Virus record (IMG/VR): IMGVR_UViG_3300031841_003798
Span: 11,590 to 75,589 of that record
DNA: 64,000 bases
DNA from: a virus
Reading direction: 5' to 3' (one strand)
Each line of letters begins with the position of its first letter. The stretch's first letter is position 1. Made by a program: the position numbers and the translations under genes. This document shows positions 59,629-64,000 of the stretch, one piece after another. Below the pieces are notes generated by a model. The model worked only from the letters and a program-made list of their open reading frames with translations, was not told the origin of the DNA and made no database searches.

Positions 59629-60430
59629 AATAAAGATGACATGGGTGCCGGGGTACTAAACCCGAAAGTGCGTCGGTATTAACTCGCGTGAGAACAATTG
59701 TAGATGGCATGAGGTCGTTACTCTCACATGCCGCTAAGCATGCTCGCGCCCTTCTACTTTGTAAAGTTCTGCATCACAGGAACCGCAAACCCGATTGATG
59801 CTCACACGTAATCCCTAAGTTTAATTTAGAGAGTCACACTACTGCAGTTGCATACAGCCCACCGTAGTTCCATACGCTTGTATAGAACGCAGCTACTGTA
59901 TACAGTGCATACCTTATGGCCAGGATAAAGCCATTATTCAGTCACACCCCTCACCGTTGGTTAATTACTCCGGTGGTGAGTGTCATCTTATTCGCCCTGC
60001 TGGTTAGCAGTCAGGACTTGTGAGAATCAATCTCACAGATACATTCTGTAGGACACTAATACTTCTTGCCTAGTTCCCTTGGACAGGTATAGACAAGTGA
60101 GATATAAGCCACGGCATGTATCAAGCGTTAGAAGGATTCTCACCTTCTTCCGGGCGCCTACAAAGTAGACGACTTCCTGTTAGACGCGTTCAGGCGGCAC
60201 CCACCCGAGTTAACTTGGCGTGATAATATCGGGTGTCTTATCACGTTGCAGGGATTGTTATAGAGACCCTACCCCTTGCTGATTCCACAGCAATATCGAC
60301 GCAGCAAAGAGTCGTCACTCAATGCCACTACCCCTGGTCGCGGGGCCCGGAACTGTGTCGAATCTCGATGCTCTTTGCCACTCTTGGGCAGAGCACGACC
60401 TATTCGTCAATAGGTAGCCGACAATACGTT
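59629..60430 (-). ncRNA. Candidate large structured non-coding RNA(s), family unassigned
   Basis: About 800 nt without a convincing ORF in a densely coding genome; more than 10 local hairpins and several 7-11-nt long-range complementarities. Strand inferred from the flanking genes. Confidence 0.55.
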
Positions 60431-60432
60431 TA

Positions 60433-60657
60433 TCACCAATTGCAAGGACAGTACTCATCATACCGTTGAGTCATCTGACACGTTTCGCAATGGTACATGT
60501 CACCATCAGAGGTAACATCGCTTTGCTCAGCCATATGTTCAGCAAGCATGTCGTCATACTCGTTACCGTAGAGCTCAGCATTGAGACGAGCTACGTCTTG
60601 ACGCAGCTTAGCATTTTCTTGACGGAGTTTAGCTACAAGTTTTACAAGTGATCGCAT
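60433..60657 (-). CDS. Small coiled-coil protein with C-terminal Cys cluster
   Basis: Leucine-zipper-like N-terminus; CETC...YCPC. Confidence 0.6.
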   Translation of the reverse strand: MRSLVKLVAKLRQENAKLRQDVARLNAELYGNEYDDMLAEHMAEQSDVTSDGDMYHCETCQMTQRYDEYCPCNW

Positions 60658-60676
60658 AGTAAATAGTTCTTGGTTC

Positions 60677-60700
60677 TATTTCTCGTCATTGTTTTCACTT
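60677..60700 (-). promoter_or_regulatory. 24-nt repeated upstream motif
   Basis: AAGTGAAAACAATGACGAGAAATA, 19 nt before ATG 60657. Confidence 0.65.
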
Positions 60701-60795
60701 GGAGCTAAAGGACAGACAAGTACCGCGCCCCCGCCCGCGTGCTGTATTGGGCGAGGGCACTTGATAGACAGTGCAGCAAGTACTTCTATCCATTT

Positions 60796-60884
60796 TGGTA
60801 CCACCGACGGGAGTCGAACCCGTACGGACCGTTCGGTCCAACAGAGTTTAAGTCTGTCATGTCTACCAATTCCATCACGGTGGC
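60796..60884 (-). tRNA. trnL: tRNA-Leu(UAA) with encoded CCA
   Basis: Acceptor GCCACCG/CGGTGGT, anticodon arm ACAGA-CTTAAAC-TCTGT, long variable arm GGACC-GAAC-GGTCC, T-arm ACGGG-TTCGACT-CCCGT, discriminator A plus CCA. Confidence 0.95.
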
Positions 60885-60891
60885 AAACTCC

Positions 60892-61065
60892 TTAGTCAGG
60901 AGTGTTGAAGGTAATGCCGTTATAGGCATCACAATGTACTGCACGTGTAGTGGGACGATTCCAACCATCGTAGTGGTGACGTGTGGAAGTCATGTAGCCT
61001 GGGCCGTAACAGCCTGTGCACAGTACGGTAAGAAAAATGGCGAAAACTGGAAAAATGCGTTTCAT
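60892..61065 (-). CDS. Small lipoprotein (57 aa, MKRIFPVFAIFLTVLCTGCY...CDAY...), not in ORF track
   Basis: Translated by hand; clear lipoprotein signal; stop lies just before the tRNA. Confidence 0.65.
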   Translation of the reverse strand: MKRIFPVFAIFLTVLCTGCYGPGYMTSTRHHYDGWNRPTTRAVHCDAYNGITFNTPD

Positions 61066-61090
61066 AGCATGTTGTTGTGAGGGTGAAACG

Positions 61091-61123
61091 AAAAAAAGCA
61101 GTTTAATGTCATGCTTAGGACAT
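61091..61123 (-). other. Compact H-type pseudoknot followed by a U-tract
   Basis: ATGTC-CTAAGCAT-GACAT-TAAAC-TGCTT-TTTTT: stem 1 ATGTC/GACAT, loop AAGCA pairs with TGCTT. Confidence 0.55.
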
Positions 61124-61127
61124 AGAC

Positions 61128-61355
61128 TCAGTTAGGATACACGAACACCATGTCATAGGCGCCGCGAATCATAGCCAAGGTTAAACCAAAGTACAGACAG
61201 AACTGTGCTAAGGTCATTAACGAATCGCCCGTAGCACTATTGTCAAAGAACGAAATAGCTACGAGGGCAAACATAGGTGCGAAAGCCAGAATAATAAAGG
61301 CAATCGCACCCATGATGTGACCGATGTGCTCACGCACGGTAGGTTGTGTCTTCAT
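61128..61355 (-). CDS. Small two-TM membrane protein
   Basis: Two hydrophobic helices in 75 aa; TGATG coupling. Confidence 0.65.
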   Translation of the reverse strand: MKTQPTVREHIGHIMGAIAFIILAFAPMFALVAISFFDNSATGDSLMTLAQFCLYFGLTLAMIRGAYDMVFVYPN

Positions 61356-61780
61356 CAGTATGGAGAAGGATCAGGGTTAATAGCAATGTCATTTTCAGCA
61401 AACGTCTGCACAAACTTGTCAAGCAAACGACAAAGCTCGACCTGTGCTACCATGCCCAGGGTGTCATGGTAAATCTTCAGCCACGTATGACCAGGCTTAG
61501 GACTGTCTACAGTATAGACAGCAAGCATAGACTTGTCATAGTCAGGGAAATGCTCAGCATGACGAGCAAAGCTATAGACAAGCAAGAAAGTGTCGAGTAC
61601 GCCTGAGTCGGTATGGTTACGTGCCATAAACTCACGTACGTCAGCGTAACGTTTGGGTCTAGAAGACCACGGTTGAGCAGGAATATGCAGGGGTGTAATG
61701 TCTGTCACGGCAAAGAAAGTGTTATAATCTGTAAAGGACTGGTTTGATATGTTCTGTAAAACAGGCAGTATTAGCAACAT
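61355..61780 (-). CDS. Hypothetical protein
   Basis: 141-aa ORF preceded by the 24-nt motif. Confidence 0.55.
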   Translation of the reverse strand: MLLILPVLQNISNQSFTDYNTFFAVTDITPLHIPAQPWSSRPKRYADVREFMARNHTDSGVLDTFLLVYSFARHAEHFPDYDKSMLAVYTVDSPKPGHTWLKIYHDTLGMVAQVELCRLLDKFVQTFAENDIAINPDPSPY

Positions 61781-61802
61781 AGAGGCTGCTCACTGCATGC
61801 GT

Positions 61803-61826
61803 TACTTCTCGTCATTGTTTTTACTT
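61803..61826 (-). promoter_or_regulatory. 24-nt repeated upstream motif
   Basis: AAGTAAAAACAATGACGAGAAGTA, 22 nt before ATG 61780. Confidence 0.65.
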
Positions 61827-62044
61827 AGCGTTTTGTACCGTCCTTGCAAAGCCGGGCTTGGCTATGTAAGGCTAGCAAACGTACCGTGCTTGCAGTGATA
61901 GTGTTAATACGGCACCGCACAGTAACGCATATGTACTGTGCAGTGCCGTTCAGTAAGGCCGAGCGTATGTAAAGCCCTGCTCGGCAAGGGTTCGGGGAAG
62001 CACTGACGGGGCCGAAGCCCCGCCAGTACTGTGCAGCCTACGCT

Positions 62045-62287
62045 TTAGTCAAGCGTAGCGACGACCTGTCGGTCATCGTAAGCGCACCAGAATCCGTCTT
62101 CGTCCGCTTTCGCGAAGAATGACGTTTTGGCCCGCCAGCCAGCTCCAGCATCGTCAAAGCCATAGGCTTTACAGATGCGCTGTCCGCTTTCGCGGTCGAC
62201 AAGGTAGCGTGCGCCATCGTCCATGACGTGGATGACGCACTCATCAAGCACCACAGGTGCCTGGATTCGGGAAGTTGATGTTTCCAT
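62045..62287 (-). CDS. 80-aa early protein, paralog A
   Basis: Ungapped alignment to 63606..63848, 43/80 identical by hand count. Confidence 0.8.
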   Translation of the reverse strand: METSTSRIQAPVVLDECVIHVMDDGARYLVDRESGQRICKAYGFDDAGAGWRAKTSFFAKADEDGFWCAYDDRQVVATLD

Positions 62288-62290
62288 GGC

Positions 62291-62314
62291 TATTTCCCGT
62301 CATCGTGTTCACTT
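62291..62314 (-). promoter_or_regulatory. 24-nt repeated upstream motif (variant)
   Basis: AAGTGAACACGATGACGGGAAATA, 3 nt before ATG 62287. Confidence 0.55.
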
Positions 62315-62487
62315 AATGTCGTTGTTGGAGTTGGTCAGCTCGTCTTTGCACCGCCGTTGCACTGTCTTTGCTGGCGTTGGCGTTGGCGTGGCTTACACTA
62401 TCATCACCCCACAGTACTTGCCGTACTCATGCTTAAGCATAACCCCAGCTCTGCGCGGAAGAGCCAGGGTTACACATATCAGACTAT

Positions 62488-62865
62488 TTACCAGTCGTCG
62501 TCATCCTGCATCAACTGCCGGATGCGCTCGTCTTCAAGAGCTGCCTCCATGTCACGGATCTCATGATCCGTGTATGGGTCAGGCTGCACCTCGAGACGCG
62601 AGCCGAAGTAGTACATGCACTTCGTGTACATGTTACGCATGTAGTAGGCCATGCCGCAACCATAACGCTCAACGTTCTGGTACATAGGCCTACCCTGTTC
62701 GAAACCCATCCAACCACGGATCAAGTCCATGTGGCGATGGATATCGTACATCTGCCACTCGTCAAAGACAACGTCTTTACGAGCTTCAAGGGCTCCAGAC
62801 AGGAAGTGCAGGGATTCCACCTGCAACTTCGCTGTATGGACCGGAGTGCGGTCAAACCTAATCAT
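62488..62865 (-). CDS. Hypothetical protein
   Basis: 125-aa ORF, acidic C-terminus, ATGA-coupled to the upstream small ORF. Confidence 0.65.
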   Translation of the reverse strand: MIRFDRTPVHTAKLQVESLHFLSGALEARKDVVFDEWQMYDIHRHMDLIRGWMGFEQGRPMYQNVERYGCGMAYYMRNMYTKCMYYFGSRLEVQPDPYTDHEIRDMEAALEDERIRQLMQDDDDW

Positions 62866-63038
62866 GACCGACGGATGTTCAGTGACCGTACCTCACGCTC
62901 AGCATCCTCGATGCTAAACGGCACGGGTGACAACACAGTACACGTGGCGATGTACTCCCAACCTGATCCGGGCTGATACTTCAGCTCGTTCAGGTCCATA
63001 ACGATGCGCCTTTCGGCGCTGATCTTCTTCTTACTCAT
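62862..63038 (-). CDS. Small hypothetical protein (58 aa, MSKKKISAERRIVMDLNELKY...), not in ORF track
   Basis: Translated by hand; TGA overlaps ATG 62865. Confidence 0.55.
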   Translation of the reverse strand: MSKKKISAERRIVMDLNELKYQPGSGWEYIATCTVLSPVPFSIEDAEREVRSLNIRRS

Positions 63039-63058
63039 GGCAGAGAATTTCGAAGGTT

Positions 63059-63087
63059 AAAAGGGGGACGGGACCATCCCGCCCCCC
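63059..63087 (-). terminator. Intrinsic terminator
   Basis: Minus strand GGGGGCGGGA-TGG-TCCCGTCCCCC followed by TTTT. Confidence 0.65.
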
Positions 63088-63111
63088 ATGCGAATCACAT
63101 TCGCTGAGCAG

Positions 63112-63495
63112 TTAGCACCGAGCCATACGCCAGGTGCCCATACGTCCCGTGTCACGGCCCCAGTCAGGGTCCATGCACGAGAGTCCGTCCACTGGATCAG
63201 TGGTCATCCAGGTCCACGCGAAGTCCAGGCGCTGGTGAACGCCTGAGATCTTACGGTGAACAGCCTGCAGCTGATGGGGCTTCAGCCCACCGACAGGCAT
63301 GTCGTGGATGAGTTCCATGATCAGCCGAGTCTCCTTCAGAGCCTCAGTGATCTCGTGGAACGCGTTATGAACTGCATGCGTGCGCTGACGGATGTCAACG
63401 TTAGCAACAGCATTCCAGTAGAGACCGTACCGCTTAGTGCGGTCGATCATGTTCTCGCGAGCCTCGAAGAGCTCGCTCATGTCTGCAGATGTCAT
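63112..63495 (-). CDS. Hypothetical protein
   Basis: 127-aa helical ORF in the early-gene orientation. Confidence 0.6.
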   Translation of the reverse strand: MTSADMSELFEARENMIDRTKRYGLYWNAVANVDIRQRTHAVHNAFHEITEALKETRLIMELIHDMPVGGLKPHQLQAVHRKISGVHQRLDFAWTWMTTDPVDGLSCMDPDWGRDTGRMGTWRMARC

Positions 63496-63605
63496 GTGAC
63501 GGCAGAGATTTAAGGGTGAGAAGAGGTACAGACCTCCTGTACCCCTGATGGAAACACAGGAGCCCCCGTGAAGGGGCTCCCGTTTCCGTGTACAGGCTTC
63601 CTGGC

Positions 63606-63848
63606 TTAGTCCAGGGTCCGGACGACCTTACGATCGTCGAAGGACACCCAGAAGCCCTCCTCATCCTCCTTCTTCCAGAAGGTGGACATGGAGCGCCAGG
63701 TGGCAGGTGCATCGTCGTACCCGTAGGCACGGCAGATGCGTTCTTCGCTGGCCTTATCGACCAGGTAAGCGGACCCGTCGTCCATGAATGCGACTTTACA
63801 GTCGTTCAACGAAACCGGGGCGGACATGCGAACAGCTTTTTCAGCCAT
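63606..63848 (-). CDS. 80-aa early protein, paralog B
   Basis: Paralog of 62045..62287. Confidence 0.8.
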   Translation of the reverse strand: MAEKAVRMSAPVSLNDCKVAFMDDGSAYLVDKASEERICRAYGYDDAPATWRSMSTFWKKEDEEGFWVSFDDRKVVRTLD

Positions 63849-63914
63849 GGCATTAGGTGCGGCAGGGTTTAGGATGATCCTGCACCGCGCAGGACCTACA
63901 ATCCTGTCTACCGC

Positions 63915-63938
63915 TATATCTCGCTAATGCTATTACTT
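63915..63938 (-). promoter_or_regulatory. Degenerate copy of the 24-nt motif
   Basis: AAGTAATAGCATTAGCGAGATATA, 17/24 match to the 60677 copy, 66 nt before ATG 63848. Confidence 0.35.
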
Positions 63939-64000
63939 TAGGGGGGCATGGCCATCCGCGCCTTGGCGCGGGGGCCGCCGCCCAATATGGTCTTCACTCA

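Noticed and set aside
59629-59993. tmRNA or RNase P RNA identity for the ~360-nt closed domain
   Set aside because: The size fits, but I found no tRNA-like GGGG...UCCACCA ends or T-arm and no GAGGAAAGUCC RNase P motif on either strand.
60233-60469. 78-aa plus-strand ORF in the candidate ncRNA region, and ORFs 60689..61080 across the tRNA
   Set aside because: Mostly opposite to local gene orientation, non-ATG or weak starts, and overlapping structured RNA elements.
61105-61125. Twister ribozyme suggested by GUCCUAAGC
   Set aside because: The flanking P1/P2/P4 helices and cleavage-site context are missing; a simple H-type pseudoknot explains the sequence.
42839-63938. CRISPR array or mini-array from the 24-nt repeats
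   Set aside because: Copies are hundreds to thousands of bases apart, separated by genes, degenerate and non-palindromic; no cas genes.
1-64000. Stop-codon reassignment, as in some crAss-like phages
   Set aside because: The standard code gives full-length, tightly packed ORFs including a 4642-aa one; the only tRNA has anticodon UAA (Leu), not a suppressor.

Overview
This window is a 64-kb piece of a crAss-like (Crassvirales-type) phage genome that uses the standard genetic code. Signal-peptide and protein-family features suggest a Bacteroidota host, possibly an aquatic flavobacterium (inference). The + strand arm (1-30663) is the virion block: tail fibre, RCC1-like propeller, holin, ring/IHF/tail tubular/tail stabilization genes, three cargo proteins (two with predicted peptidoglycan-hydrolase domains), and a single 4642-aa ORF carrying a DFDVD double-psi-barrel virion RNA polymerase plus two zincin motifs. 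The - strand arm (30664-64000) holds replication and early genes: DUF3310, PD-(D/E)XK nuclease, DnaA-C domain protein, rIIB/rIIA, RusA-like resolvase, primase, SSB-like, AAA ATPase, DnaB, SF2 helicase, PolA, amidase, DUF1281, tRNA-Leu(UAA) and many small ORFs. The main unexplained items are: (1) a 10-kb, translationally coupled trio of ~1100-aa secreted paralogs with dockerin/EF-hand-like repeats, inserted in the replication module; (2) an ~800-nt region without a convincing ORF but dense in hairpins and long-range complementarities, a candidate large ncRNA near the tRNA; (3) a 24-nt motif repeated 5-6 times upstream of - strand genes, a candidate virion-RNAP promoter; (4) several small pseudoknots and a duplicated 80-aa early gene. 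All calls come from motif recognition by eye; no searches were run.
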